A DNA stretch of 64,000 nucleotides, taken from contig NC_069003.1 in the NCBI RefSeq assembly GCF_001194135.2, forward strand, positions 28,357,639-28,421,638. Reading direction: 5' to 3'. Position numbers and translations under genes: made by a program. How positions within the stretch are numbered: position 1 is the stretch's first letter; every line of letters begins with the position of its first letter. Below the pieces are notes generated by a model. That model searched no databases, was not told where the DNA came from, and saw only the letters and a program-made list of their open reading frames with translations. Shown here piece after piece: positions 25,988 through 38,879 of this stretch. The DNA is from Octopus bimaculoides. Its lineage: Eukaryota.

Positions 25988-26043
<56 letters not shown>

Positions 26044-26046
26044 GCA
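25545..26046. repeat. (CA)n array spanning assembly gap 25652-25987
   Basis: Directly visible. Confidence 0.95.
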
Positions 26047-27504
26047 CTCACTTATGTATACATATGTATGAATCATTTGCGTTACAGTAGCGTTGCATTC
26101 TTGACAATCTTGGTGTAACGTGAATTTCTGTAACATAAACTCGAATTTTCCCATTAATTACATCTTCATTGATTTCTACGTAGCAGGGAAATCAATGGAG
26201 AAGTTGATTTCGCGTTACGGAGCTACTCAACATTACAGCAAAATTTTCAGGAAATCAGTACTTCCATGATGTAGAATATATACACGTGTGTTTGTGTGAA
26301 TATACGTGTGTGTGTGTGCATATATGTGAATGCGTGTGCACGCGGGTGTTCTCTGTGTAACCCTATCACACAAAATGTAAACAGTGGCCGTCAAACAACC
26401 CTCGTGGGTTTTGCGGGAATTCATATTACTCGTTAAAATGAAGTCTGAATAAACAATAACAAAACGAATTCTTTTCCTTAACAGAAGCAATATTTTCACT
26501 TTCGGATGAAACCGTTTTTAAGCATGATTAAATATTCAGTTAAATATTTAGTTAAAGATTTAGTTAAGCTAAGAAGTTCACTTCTCAAATTACAAAGTTC
26601 CGCGTTCACTCTCACTGCGCGCTGGCCAATGACTTTTGTGCGGAATTTCGTGGAGAAAAACTACGAAAACCCATCTTATAAGCCTACATACGTATGTATA
26701 TATCTATGTATGTACGTACAGACATACAAATACACACACGCGCGCGCGCGCATATGGTAAATAAACCAATTTCCATCTGCTTATATATATATATAATTCG
26801 TTCCATGACCGAGCTCGTCTTACGATTCACTCGTTCTACAAATCAATTTTTCTCATCGAAATTAACATTGAAATTAATCCGTTCCAGCCCACCAAAACGA
26901 CTCAAAAATAATTTTCAATGGGTTTTAAAACAGAAAAGATGTAGTTACTAGTAAAATGACAATTATAAAAAAAGAGAATGCGAAAGAAATATGTGAACTG
27001 GTTTTATTAACTGAATTACCTTAAGGACGGGACAACTTGTGTGCTCGTACTGCGGATTTCTGCTCGTACTTCACAACAAAAATTCGCATGAGTCTCAGCT
27101 CGTACAGCAAATTACTCGTATTATAGTGCACTCGTACTGCGAGGTTCTATTGTATATATTACCTAACACTGTCTAGAAGCATCCACTAACCATCCCTGCT
27201 ACTAATCCCTTCCACTACGTCATACACACACACACACACACAAACACACTAACAGATAAACCACCAAACCATGCACACACACACACATACATACACACAC
27301 ATACATACGAACACACACGTTCTGTTATCACACACACACTCACAGACTCTCGCGCACGCACAGATATTCATCTCCCTTTTTAACTCTCCTGTCTTAGAAA
27401 GAACTTTTCCCCCACCACCTCCTCTTCCGGTCTTTTCACAATGTAACCTCGTGGGCATCGGTACCATTTTCCTCTTTCTCCGTTCTTCCATTCTCCGAAC
27501 TTTC

Positions 27505-27545
27505 CATCTTTCCGACGAAGGGCTACGCCCGAAACGTCATACGCT
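27505..27545 (+). ncRNA. Minimal hammerhead motif, CCGACGA core variant
   Basis: CCGACGA-A-GGGC-tac-GCCC-GAAACGTC; ACGT palindromic stem III and GUC triplet; stem I poorly preserved. Confidence 0.6.
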
Positions 27546-27630
27546 CTCTCTTTCCTTTCCCGAGCGTCCAATAACACTATCCGTATATCACGTCCTCACT
27601 TTGTTGTTTTTTTGTTATTGTTTTTTTGAA

Positions 27631-27675
<45 letters not shown>

Positions 27676-28534
27676 GAGCGGGTACGAGAGTTTCTGTCAA
27701 CCAGATTATCGTACAAGTCATTGGTCAGCCTGGGGCTATACTTGAAGACACTTGCCCACGTTGCTGCCCAGTCATAAAGCGAAAATTTGACCTATATAAA
27801 TTTGACCTATATAAACAAGGATAATTTAGCTGTTTCTCCGCCAACTGAAAAAAAAGTGATAATCAACCTTATTCGACTTTAGAATCATATAGGATTCGCA
27901 TCAGAGGAAGCTGCTTCAATTTGATTAATCCCAGAGAAACAACCAGCTAATCTGTTTATATACCCAGCACTTACAATAGCTACAGAAAATTGGGATTACT
28001 ATTTTGCATACCATAAATGTTAACACTTTATCTTAAATATCAAGAGTCTGTCAACAGAGATCTTAGCCCACACAATATCAAGGTATAATATATGTAACCT
28101 ATATAATGCCTTTATAAACAGGGCTGTGCTTTGAATATAGATCAAAGAGTCTCAGAGATAATGTCAGTCGGAATTTTTTTTTACACAAAATCAGTTTAAC
28201 TGTCAGTCTATTACACACACCTCTTCTAAACAAACGCAACCATAAATATTAAGGTATTTAATTATATCGAAAGTATTCTATTGATATGATGTACTCTGTT
28301 TAGCAATAACATTAAGGGCATTGTCTGCCTATCTCGTTAACTATCACTATTCCTCTCTTTCTGTCTCTCTTTCTCTTTTTCTCCTTCTTCCATGTGTGTG
28401 TGCGTGTGTGTGCGTGTGTGTGCGCGTGCGTATGTGTGCGTGCACGCGTAAAAGATGGTGATTTAGCATTGTAAGCACGTCACTGCTCAAACTTAGGGGT
28501 TGTTTAGGTGTTTCTCTATTGCTGGGGTTGCTTT

Positions 28535-28695
28535 TTGTTGTTGTTGTTGTTGTTGTTGCTGCTATTTTTGTTGTTGTTGTTGTTGTTGTTGGTCTTCTTC
28601 TTCTTCTTCTTCTTCTTCTTCTCCTCCTTCTCCTCCTCCCCTTCATCGTTGTTGTTATGGTTGATGTTGCTGTTGTTTTCCTCCTCCTCCTCCCC
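28535..28695. repeat. Compound (GTT)n/(CTT)n/(CCT)n trinucleotide repeat
   Basis: Directly visible. Confidence 0.95.
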
Positions 28696-29572
28696 TCTCT
28701 CTGAAAGAAGCCGGTTCTGACCCGAAGAGCTAAGGGCTTCGACTGGTTTAAAAAGTGCGAAAGACCCGCCATATGTTCTCTTTAACTTTTGATGATGCCC
28801 GTACAAAACCATGAGAAATTTAGCACCTTTCACCATATATGTATCTACGTACATGTGGGTGTATGTATGTATGTATGTATGTATGTATTCAAGCATTTCG
28901 AAGTGCTCCAGAAGTTCGCTTTGCAATCATGACATCAGAAGTTCGCTTTGCAATCATGACATCACAAGTTCTATCTCATTACTCGATTTAGGTAACTGGA
29001 AACTATGTAGAAGCCCATTGGATGGACTGCACAAGTAATTCAAAATATGAAGCCATGTTACACTTGATTGTACTCGAGAATTACGTTTATTGAATACACG
29101 GCTATACCACCTAGAAATCAAACGAGTAGGTTGGCCGGTAGGTCACCGAATTTGACAGTAGAGTTCATCATGTATGAACGTGTGTGTAAGTGTGTGTGTG
29201 TATGTGTTTGTGCATGTGTGCTTGTGAATAAGCGATTGCGTGTGTATCTATCTTGTTGCCTGTCTTCCTATCCGCTTATTTGTAAATTTTTGTATGTGAA
29301 AGGTGTGTGAAATGATATAGGCTTCTGCATTTAGTGAAAACAATTTTCACAGGACCGCTCATAAAGAAAGTAGTGGAGAGGTACGAAGTATGAAAGTTAA
29401 TTATCCGTCAAACAGATCAGTGAATAGGAGTCGATGAATGCCCTTGTTCATTTCAAACATTGTATGGGTCTGTGTGTATGTATGCATGTATGTATGTATG
29501 TATGTATGTATGTATGTATGTATGTATGTATGTATGTATGTATGTATGCATGTATGTATGCATGTATGTATG

Positions 29573-29644
<72 letters not shown>

Positions 29645-30696
29645 CTATGTGCATGCATGTATTTATATATGTGTGTACGTGTTTATGTTATAAATACTTA
29701 AAGATACAAAACAAAAAAATATCTATAAATTATATGAATTATAATTTCTACGAATAATATGAATACTGCTCTCAATTACATACATAGACATAATCGTTTA
29801 GGATGAGTGAATATTTATCATTTTCTTTCAGTATTTTATTTGAATGAATGGCTGACTGTCAAAAACTACATAGATCACATATTTATGTCAACACAGCCAA
29901 GATTTATTTTTTTTTGATGCAGGTGCTTTGTGTAAACACATAATCAAATATAAAAAAAGTAACCTATTTGACGTATTTACTTAAGGGATATAAATCATTT
30001 TTGACGGATAATACTAATAAACTGCTTACAACCTGTCGCATTCAGAAATACATATTGTATAGCAATCTATGCTATAATACATATGGTAGGAGTAGACCAA
30101 CTCGATTAATGCAAGACACTTGCAATAAACATCAGATGTTTAAGAGTCTTAAATCATAAAATCACATTTGTACTCACATCGTTATTGCTACATACATAAT
30201 TTATTCCAAAACTTTATGGAAATATTTAGAAAGATATATCTATAATAATATTTATCCATGAATGTATTTTTTTAACTGTGAATTTGTTTTAGTTATAGTA
30301 ATCGCAGAGTACACATATATAGGAAATGTTTGCAAAATCTTAACCGATAATTGTTTTAATTATATTGAGCGTAATTAATGCGCTTAATGAACTACAGGGA
30401 TATCTAAGAAAAATATATGAATAGGCATTTCAGTAACGTGAAATTAAACGAAAATAAAACTACACGGATAAATAAAAGATATTTTTAATGATATCTGTCG
30501 TAGGAAAATATCAGGTCAAAATATAGAGGAAAATATGTGAAAAAGAAGAGCTATTTCAGTCTTACAAAATTAGTATCACAGTATTTTGTGATAAACGACG
30601 AACATACAATAGTACACTTATCGGGATATCAAATACTTTATCTAATGCCAGTGGAGATCTTGTAGAAATTTGTCTAAGCATGCAATGATAGTATAT

Positions 30697-30744
30697 GTTA
30701 TTACCGATGATACGCAAATACGCAGAAATCTCTGATCTAGCAAT
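30697..30744 (+). ncRNA. Minimal type I hammerhead, CCGAUGA core variant
   Basis: GTTATTA-CCGATGA-TACG-caaata-CGCA-GAAATC-tct-GATC^TAGCAAT; stems I and II carry one mismatch each. Confidence 0.6.
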
Positions 30745-30984
30745 TCAACCGGCGCTGCTGGACGCTTTTTGCCTGCTCGTGTTAATTCTGGGTTTTTCTT
30801 TTTACTCCTGCACGTCTATATCAGCTGCTTTCTCATGACGAATACCGCAGTGTTTTGGCATTCTTACAGGATACTCACGTTAAGTAGGGTATACAGAGTG
30901 GTATTCTGAACTAATGCTGCTTCCGTCGCTAAGAACGAATATACATAAATAGATAGATACATACGTACATACATGCATACAAAG

Positions 30985-31060
30985 GCTGTGCATTTGCAAT
31001 CCAAGAACAGGAGATTGCTACTAAATACCTAATCAACAAAAGAAACAATGAAGCCCTTGG
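30985..31060 (+). mobile_element. R4/Dong-like LINE fragment
   Basis: AFAIQEQEIATKYLINKR; similar to 15865-15950. Confidence 0.45.
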
Positions 31061-31260
31061 ATACAACCCAAAATATAGATTATGTCATATTTCTGTGGAA
31101 GACATCACGCATGTGATTAGCAGCTGCCCTAGCATGTTATCAAGTTCCTATCTCCCTATGCAACATGATGATGTCCCCCAAAACAATATACAATGGCATT
31201 CGGGGAGGGGGAAACTTTCCTGGAATAAATATAGAGAATCGCCCTGTTATTGAATATGTA

Positions 31261-31345
31261 CAGAAGGAGGAAGAGGAGGAGGAGAAGGAGGAAGAGGAGG
31301 AGGAGAAGGAGGAAGAAGAAGACAACGAAGAAGAATATGGAGAAG
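31261..31345. repeat. (GAG/GAA)n repeat
   Basis: Directly visible. Confidence 0.9.
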
Positions 31346-31807
31346 GGGAAACAACCCAAAGAACTTAGTGGGCTTGAATAGACCGATGTACAGCAACAAG
31401 GAATGCAACTGATATACAACAGCAAAGTTAAAAAGAAAATCAGTAAAAAAAAAGCCTACAACCAATTAAAGATCTTAAAGATCTGAAGCTATATACAGTT
31501 GTGATTTTTAAGAAACTAGCAACTGCATAGATGTACTAACGAGATAATTGAACCTATCATTGCCAGAATTTAACCACAATGAATTTTAGTCCATTGTAAA
31601 TGATTGATGGAAAAAAATAATGAACTGTATGTTACCTTGGTAACATTGAATAACTTTCAGAACTTTATTGCAAAATAATCCTGCTCTTAATCGTTGCTAT
31701 TAACAAATAGTTCACCGTTTCTCCGCTAGGAAACGACCTGCAACCGTGTCAATTGATAAGAAATATAAAAGTGAAACAATAATTATGTAATTGTACTTTC
31801 ATTCCAA

Positions 31808-31913
31808 GTGGTTCCCATTGCGTGACACCTTGGGTAAGTGTCTACTATTACACTGCGGGGTCGACCCGTTCAAGTAGTTGGATTTGGTAGATGGAAACTG
31901 CAAGCAGCCAGTC

Positions 31914-31970
<57 letters not shown>

Positions 31971-32258
31971 TGTGTGTGTATGTATGTATATATGTGTGTG
32001 TATGTACATATGTGTGTGTATGTATATGTGTGCGCGTGCGTGTGTATGTGCGTATGCGTGTGTCTGTGTTTGTGTTCATCTCTCACTACCGCTTGACAAC
32101 TGATGTTGGTTTGTTTACGTCCCCGTTACTTAGCAGTTCGGCATAAGAGACCGATAGAATAAGCTCCAGGCTTGAAGCAAAATAAGTACTAACTAAAACC
32201 CTTCATGACGGTACCCCAGCATGGCCAAAGTCCAATGACTGGAACAAGTAAAAAGATA
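31808..32258 (+). mobile_element. SINE family A with expanded internal (TG)n
   Basis: Colinear with 12449-12871. Confidence 0.85.
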
Positions 32259-32283
32259 CAAAATGAAAAGACTTTCGCATTTT

Positions 32284-32613
32284 AATAAAACTGGCACTCC
32301 GTCGGTTACGACGACGAGGGTTCTAGTTGATCTGATCAGCGGAACAATCTACACGTGAAATTAACGTGCAAGTGGCTGAGCACTCCGCAGACACGGGTAC
32401 CTTTAATGTAGTTCTCAGGAAGATTCAGCTTGACAACAGGATGTGGACAAAGCTGGTCCTTTCAGTTACAGGTACAACCCGTTTTTGGTGAGCGGACTGG
32501 AGCAACATGAAATAAAGTGTCTTGCTCAAGGGCACAACGCGCCGCCGGGAATCGAACTCATGACCTTACAACCGTGAGCAGAAAACTTTAACCACTTAGC
32601 CACGTGCCTTCAC
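32284..32613 (-). mobile_element. SINE family D (C-type head with a different 3' half)
   Basis: Minus head GTGAAGGCACGTGGCTAAGTGGTTAAAG, B-box GAGTTCGATTCCC, GTGCCCTTGAGCAAGACACTTT block. Confidence 0.8.
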
Positions 32614-33259
32614 GGTATAACATTTTCTAATTTCTGGTCGAAACGAAACCTGAAAAAACCTATTTGTAAAATTTAGTAGTTGGAAATCGAGTGGAGACCT
32701 TCGAAGTCATTATTCTTGTTCTTGGATGGTAGATAAAATCCGTTGTTGAGTTAAACACCACCACCCGACTTCCGGGTATATTTAGTGCAGTGGTGCATGG
32801 CGGATGTTGTCGTTAAGTATGCTGCCACACTGACCATACCATGACTAACATTAGTATTTCTCAAATTAGGCATAGAAACTGTGTATTTCTGATACTGCCC
32901 AAACTTGTAGTGTTTATAAGGAATTTGCCATTTTCGAGGGGTGTGTAGCGCACACTTAGCACATCCGGAATACACACATCTGCTTTTGTGGGGTCCACAA
33001 CACTGCAAGCAATCAGGCCATGTCTTTGGTCCTAAGGATAACCTCCTCTCTTTCTCCTACCAGTCAGGGATCCTCAAAAAAAGAGGCCATGGGCACTGCT
33101 ATTATTCGTCTAAGTAAGTCACAAACAAAAATATAATTAACGTTTACTGTGCAATTGTTTATATTGTAACATGTGCTTTTATAAAACTTCCTGGAGGGGA
33201 AAATTGCTAAGGTTGAATGTTGTTGACTTCGTCGTTATTGTTATTGTTGCTGTGGGTAA

Positions 33260-33366
33260 TGATGATGATGATGATGATGATGCTGACGACGACGACGATG
33301 ATGGTGGTTACGACCACGACCACGACGATGATGATGGTGATGATGATGATGATGATGATGATGATG

Positions 33367-33397
<31 letters not shown>

Positions 33398-33408
33398 TAG
33401 TGATGGCT
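33260..33408. repeat. (GAT/GAC)n repeat
   Basis: Directly visible. Confidence 0.95.
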
Positions 33409-34083
33409 GAACGTTATTCATTAAGTGGGAACACATCAGAAGAAAGTGTGGAGATTAGAAGGGTGAGGTGTGGGTATCTGAAAGTGAATTGTAATATTTA
33501 GGACGAAGAAGGGCTGTGATGCTATTGTTCAGCCATTCAGAGAAATAACAGAATGAGTGTTGGAAGTGTTGAGAAGGGGGGAGGGAAATCAGGTTGGTCT
33601 AAAGGAGAATGATGCCGGGTGGCTGGGTCGGAAGTGTGGAGAGGGGGCAACAGCAAGATAAAAGGATGAAAGAGAAAACAATGTAGTTTCCTAAGCAGTT
33701 GCTAAATTACCATCAGATGTTGATAAGTGAACAGAGATTATTGTTCCCTACAGAAGGAATGAAATGCACCGCCAATAGTTGGAGTTTATGTTAGGATTAT
33801 ATAGACTTCGCTGTCGAAAGCCCGGTGCCATATCAATTGTCTCGGCGCCAACAAGCAAATTGATGACGGTGTTTCTTTAATCTCTCTTTCTCTCACATCC
33901 CCCCTCTCACTCACTTTCTTTCTCTCTTACTCACTCTTTCCTTCTTTATTTCTTTATTTCTTTCTTTCTTTTAGAAGGTCAATCTCGAACCTTCAAATTC
34001 CTCTTCTCGTTACATCTAAGAATTTAACTAAATCCAAGAACGTCGCTTATATGACGCTAAACATACATATTCAGTTAAGATAT

Positions 34084-34491
34084 CTTTTATCTTTTACTTG
34101 TTTCAGTCATTAGACTGCAGCCAAGCTGGGACATCGCCTTGAACGATTGTTTTAGTCGAATGAATCGAACCCAGTACTTATATTTCGTTAGGCCTGGAAC
34201 TTATTCCATCAATCACTTTTGGCGAACCGCTAGTTTACGGGAAGGTAAACTCACTAACACCGGTTGTAAAGAGGTGGTGGGAGACAAATACAGGCACAAA
34301 GACACACACACACACATGTATATACACGACAGGTTTCCTTCAGTTTCTGTCTACCAAATCGACTCACAAGGCTTTAGTGGACCCGAGGCTATAGTACAAG
34401 ATACTTGCCCAAGGTGCCACGCAGAGAAAGACTTAACTCGGAACCATGTGGTTGGGAAGCAAGCTTCTTACCACACAGCCACTCCTGCGCC
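34084..34491 (-). mobile_element. SINE family A, full length
   Basis: Reverse complement of head through (AAAAGAT)n-like tail. Confidence 0.9.
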
Positions 34492-34789
34492 TGGTAGAAT
34501 AAAATGTTCGCAATTTCCAAGGAGTGGTCTAGTATAGGTGACCGAGAATTAATAACGTTTATTACCTCAGGAAATGCATTGTACAGCATATATGAATGAA
34601 ATTCACTTGTTAGAACGTTAATTCGGTCGTGAATTCTCTCAAGCTATTAATGTATAATAATCTATAATGTTGTATGATACAAAATGAGAACAGTTTAAAT
34701 CTTCTTTTTATATCTTTATAAGTGAATTCTAAGAACTGACGGCCTGAATAAATAATGGGCAAAGTCATTAAGATATTGAAAGGCATTCA

Positions 34790-34860
34790 ATGTACATACA
34801 TACATACATACATACATACACATAAACACATATATAAATATATATACGTATATATGTACA

Positions 34861-34930
<70 letters not shown>

Positions 34931-35215
34931 CATACATACATACACATACATACACACACGCACATATGTATATACAAGCATACACACATACGTACAAACA
35001 TATATGTATATATGTATATACAAGTATATATATATATGTGTGTATATACATATGTGTGTATATAGGTGTATATACATATGCATATATATATATATATATA
35101 TACATATGTATATATACACACATATATACATGTATACATATATACATGTATACATATATATATACATGTACATATATAAAAATACCCCCCCCACGTCTGT
35201 GTGTGTGTGTGTGCA
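34790..35215. repeat. Compound TA/TACA/TG microsatellite
   Basis: Directly visible. Confidence 0.95.
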
Positions 35216-35504
35216 TACTAGAAGAATGCATATAGACAGGCAAACAACTGATATAGGGTCAGATTGTAATATTCAGGCAGCTATAACATACCTACATTTG
35301 AAGTTTCAGTTCAGATTTGAGTTTAAGCAGGTTATCTTATGTCATTAGCTATATTACCTGCAATTTGTATACACACAAAAGTATATGTACATATGCATAC
35401 ACAAAGATACACATACATACATATACAAATATGTACATACATACATATATATATATTTATGTATGGGGGGTAATTTGAAAATATTTAGAGAAGTTTTATT
35501 GGAA

Positions 35505-36470
35505 AAATGTGGACAAAGATACGAAAGAGTTCGTTTTGTCTTGTGATCGGTGTCAAAAAGTGAACCCAGTTCACAAAATTAATGTTGGAGAGCTCCATCC
35601 TGTTCCTGTGCCAAATGAAGTTATGGCCCAAATTGTTGTTGATATCACCAATTTGTCAAAAACAGATGATCGTTACTGGTGCATTGTTGTCGCAATGGAT
35701 TTCGTTTTCCAAATGGCTTGAGGCTCGACCTTTGAAAGATCACACAGCGGAAAGTGTGGGAAAGTTTCTCTTTGATGATATTTGTCGGCATGTATAAAAA
35801 TTCAGATAAATGACTAAGGAAGAGAATTTGTAAACAGAGTGTCTGCAGAACTATATAAACTGACAGGAATACAGCAGCATATAGCAAGTGCTTATCACCC
35901 TCAAGCAAATGGCCTCGTGGAATGACAGACTCGCACTAAAGATGCTTTTATCAAATCTCTTGAGGACCGTGGCAAGTGGGCTGAATGCTTACCAGCAAAT
36001 CTGTTTGCGTATCGAACTGCCAAACATTCTTCAACACATTTTACCCCATTTGAAATGTTATACAACAGGCAAGCTACACTTCCAGTTGAACTACAGCACA
36101 ATCCAACTGCAAAAGATCGGGACAGTTTTAGAAATGATCAATCTATATTCAGAAAAAATTGGTGTTATAACAGCTATTCGGGACAGTATGATTTCTCGAG
36201 TTTGCTTCCAATATTAGAATAGCTCAGTCCGTTCAAAAAGAACAGCACTATAGAAAACACAAGTAACAACAGTTCAGTATTGGAAATAGAGTTCTGCTTA
36301 AAAACCTAATTCGAGAGGACAGAAAGGGATGACATTTTACGGAAGGCTGTACAGGTCCTTACACTGTTGCAGAAGTTTATGGCAAAAATAACTATCGACT
36401 TTCAAATAACAATAAAATATTTGAAAAGAAAGTAAATGCTACTAACCTCACACAATATATTGTGCAACCG
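35505..36470 (+). mobile_element. Gypsy-type DDE integrase remnant (Ginger/Gin-like)
   Basis: CDRCQK zinc-finger end, VVDITN, FSKWLEARPL, IND*GREFVN, SAYHPQANGLVE, FTPFEMLY, TGPYTV (GPY/F); several stops and frameshifts; no RT or RNase H nearby. Confidence 0.85.
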
Positions 36471-36569
36471 TCAGCAAATAGAAAACGAAAACTAACTTAC
36501 GAAAATCAAGGTACACAAGCTCCAAACTAAAAAAAACAAACTAACTGCAGTGATGTTTTAATGTATATA

Positions 36570-36993
36570 GGCGCAGCAGTGACTGTGTGGTAAGTAGCCT
36601 GCTTACGAACCACATGGTTCCAGGTTCATTCCAACTGCGTGGCACCTTGGGCAAGTGTCTTCTACTATAGCCTCGGGCCGACCAAAGCCTTGTGAGTGGA
36701 TTTGGTAGGCGGAAACTGAAAGAAGCCCGTCGTATATATGTATATATANNNNNNNNNNNNNNNNTATATATGTATGTGTGTTTGTGTGTCTGTGTTTGTC
36801 CCCCCACCATCGCTTGACAACCGATGCTGGTGTGTTTACGTCCCCGTAACTTAGCGGTTCGGCAAAAGAGACCGATAGAATAAGTACTAGGCTTATAAAG
36901 AATAAGTCCTGGGGTCGATTTGTTCGACTAAAGGTGGTGCTCCAGCATGGCCACCGTCAAATGATTGAAACAAGTAAAAGAGTAAAAGAGTAA
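36570..36993 (+). mobile_element. SINE family A, near full length
   Basis: Very similar to 12449-12871; gap in its internal microsatellite. Confidence 0.92.
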
Positions 36994-37368
36994 ATAAATT
37001 TCGCTACCAATTTAAAGTGTATAAATAAATTTCGGTTTGTATATAAAATACATATCGTTCTTCAAATCAATCTCTTATCGTTACATTCTGTCAACTCAAC
37101 TCAGTCCACTATAAACAACATCCATCTGCTACATATCTATAAAAAGTGCTCTAATCCAAATCACTTACTCATTAAAAAAAAAAAATGGTTTTATTTAAAA
37201 TAAGTTGCAAACTCAGAATCTTTGATATTCGACATGTTTTTTCAGCGCGTCATAAAAGTGTTTTAAAAAGTACTATAATTTTGTCTAATATTCATATTTT
37301 ATGATCAGTTTACACTCTTGAATGTAATCCGTGTTTAATGTTATAAAAATATCAAGAGTTGTAATTTA

Positions 37369-37496
37369 GGGGGTAATGTGAATAGTGCGGGGGTAATTTG
37401 AAATCGGTTCCAGGATACACCCCCTCCCCCAGTAATCTGAAATCAATTTCAGATTTCAGGCAGCTTGAAATGGTGTGGTAACTTGAAACCTTTACA
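37369..37496 (+). mobile_element. Probable transposon right end with repeated GGTAA(T/C)TTGAAA motifs, ending ...TTTACA
   Basis: About five motif variants in 130 bp; terminus reads TGTAAAGG on the minus strand, consistent with TGT-ended Ginger elements. Confidence 0.4.
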
Positions 37497-37641
37497 CCGG
37501 TTCCAAGCCAATTGCACAAATCTGCTCAAATTGCCCCCCCCTCTCTCTCTCTCTCTCAGCACAGAATGGATGAGTATTTCTACACGCTGGCACACATATA
37601 CAAGCAGACTCTTGTGACTAATTCATATATTTAATCAACGG

Positions 37642-37985
37642 TGTGGCTTCCCGACCACATGGTTCTAGGTTCAGTCCCACTATGTGGCACCTTGTGCAAG
37701 TATCTTCTTCTACAACCACGGGCCGACCAAAGCTTTGTGAGTAGATTTGGTTGACGGAAACTGAAAGAAGTCTGTCGGATATATATATATATATATATAT
37801 ATGTACACGTGTGTGTGTGTATGTCCATGTGTGTTTGTTCCCAACCGCCGCTTCACAATTGGTAGTGATTTGTTTATGTCCCCGAAACTTAGCGTTTCGG
37901 CAAATAAGACACATGAAATAACTAACATATGTCAAAGAAAAAAGTCCCGGGGTCGATTTGGTTGACTAAACCCCTTAAAACGGTG
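37642..37985 (+). mobile_element. SINE family A
   Basis: Colinear with other copies. Confidence 0.85.
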
Positions 37986-38879
37986 AATGAACGAAGAAAA
38001 AGATAAAAGTTCCATTAATGCTATTATCCCGCTATTATTTTCACTATCCCACTTTTATTTTCACAAGAAGCAAAACATGAAAGATATATATGATTATATT
38101 ACTAAGGTTATCTCTACAAATATTTTATAGAATATCTGTAGAGATAACCTTTGCAAGTGATGTAAAGCGAGCTGTTAACACAGTAGAACACAGTAATGAC
38201 TTATAAAAATGTTCAATATAATTTATTGTATATTATGGTTGCATAACGAAATGTTGCGCCCCTACAAGACACTAATATATGATTATAATGATAACAGATT
38301 ACACGCATGCCTGCTGTCATTGTCGGGTAGCAACAAATCGGGGATGATTAGCGAAGACATTTTATTTATATTTCATATTATAATTTTGTGAGAAATAGCG
38401 TCTCTGGTTATAGGTTTCATTGAAATTTTGACACTGAAAGTGGTAAGGAAGTGTGTGCGGATCGTTACAAAATAAATATTGCAAGAGAGTTCCTTCGAAA
38501 AGCGGAAGGCATTCGGTTTCCTCGTCAATACTTGCGAATTTAGCAGTATCAGCAAATGACATGCACACACATACACGTGTGTGTGTGTGTGTGTGTGTGT
38601 GCGTGCGTGTGTGCGTGTGCGTGTTTAGGTTGGTGTCACAAAATACGAGAAATAGTACTCAATAGGAAAACTAAAGCACGCATATATTTCTTCTTTTGTA
38701 TATATTTCTTCCTCGTTATGTAATCCCATTAAATTATTCAACTATGAACTAATATCTGAATCTGTATGTGACATGTTAGAAGCCGCTACCAAATTTCTCC
38801 CGAATCACACTTTTTTGGCTACAAAGAAACCTCACAAACAGGGAAGTCAGATATAAAACTCCATCTGAAAATATTGGAT

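Noticed and set aside
32750-33060. Minus-strand coding-like stretch
   Set aside because: No motif recognised and frames are interrupted; possibly an old TE, cannot assign
31165-33501. Poly-E (31165-31368) and poly-D/M/T (33171-33501) ORFs
   Set aside because: Translations of trinucleotide repeats with no complex flanking protein or splice support
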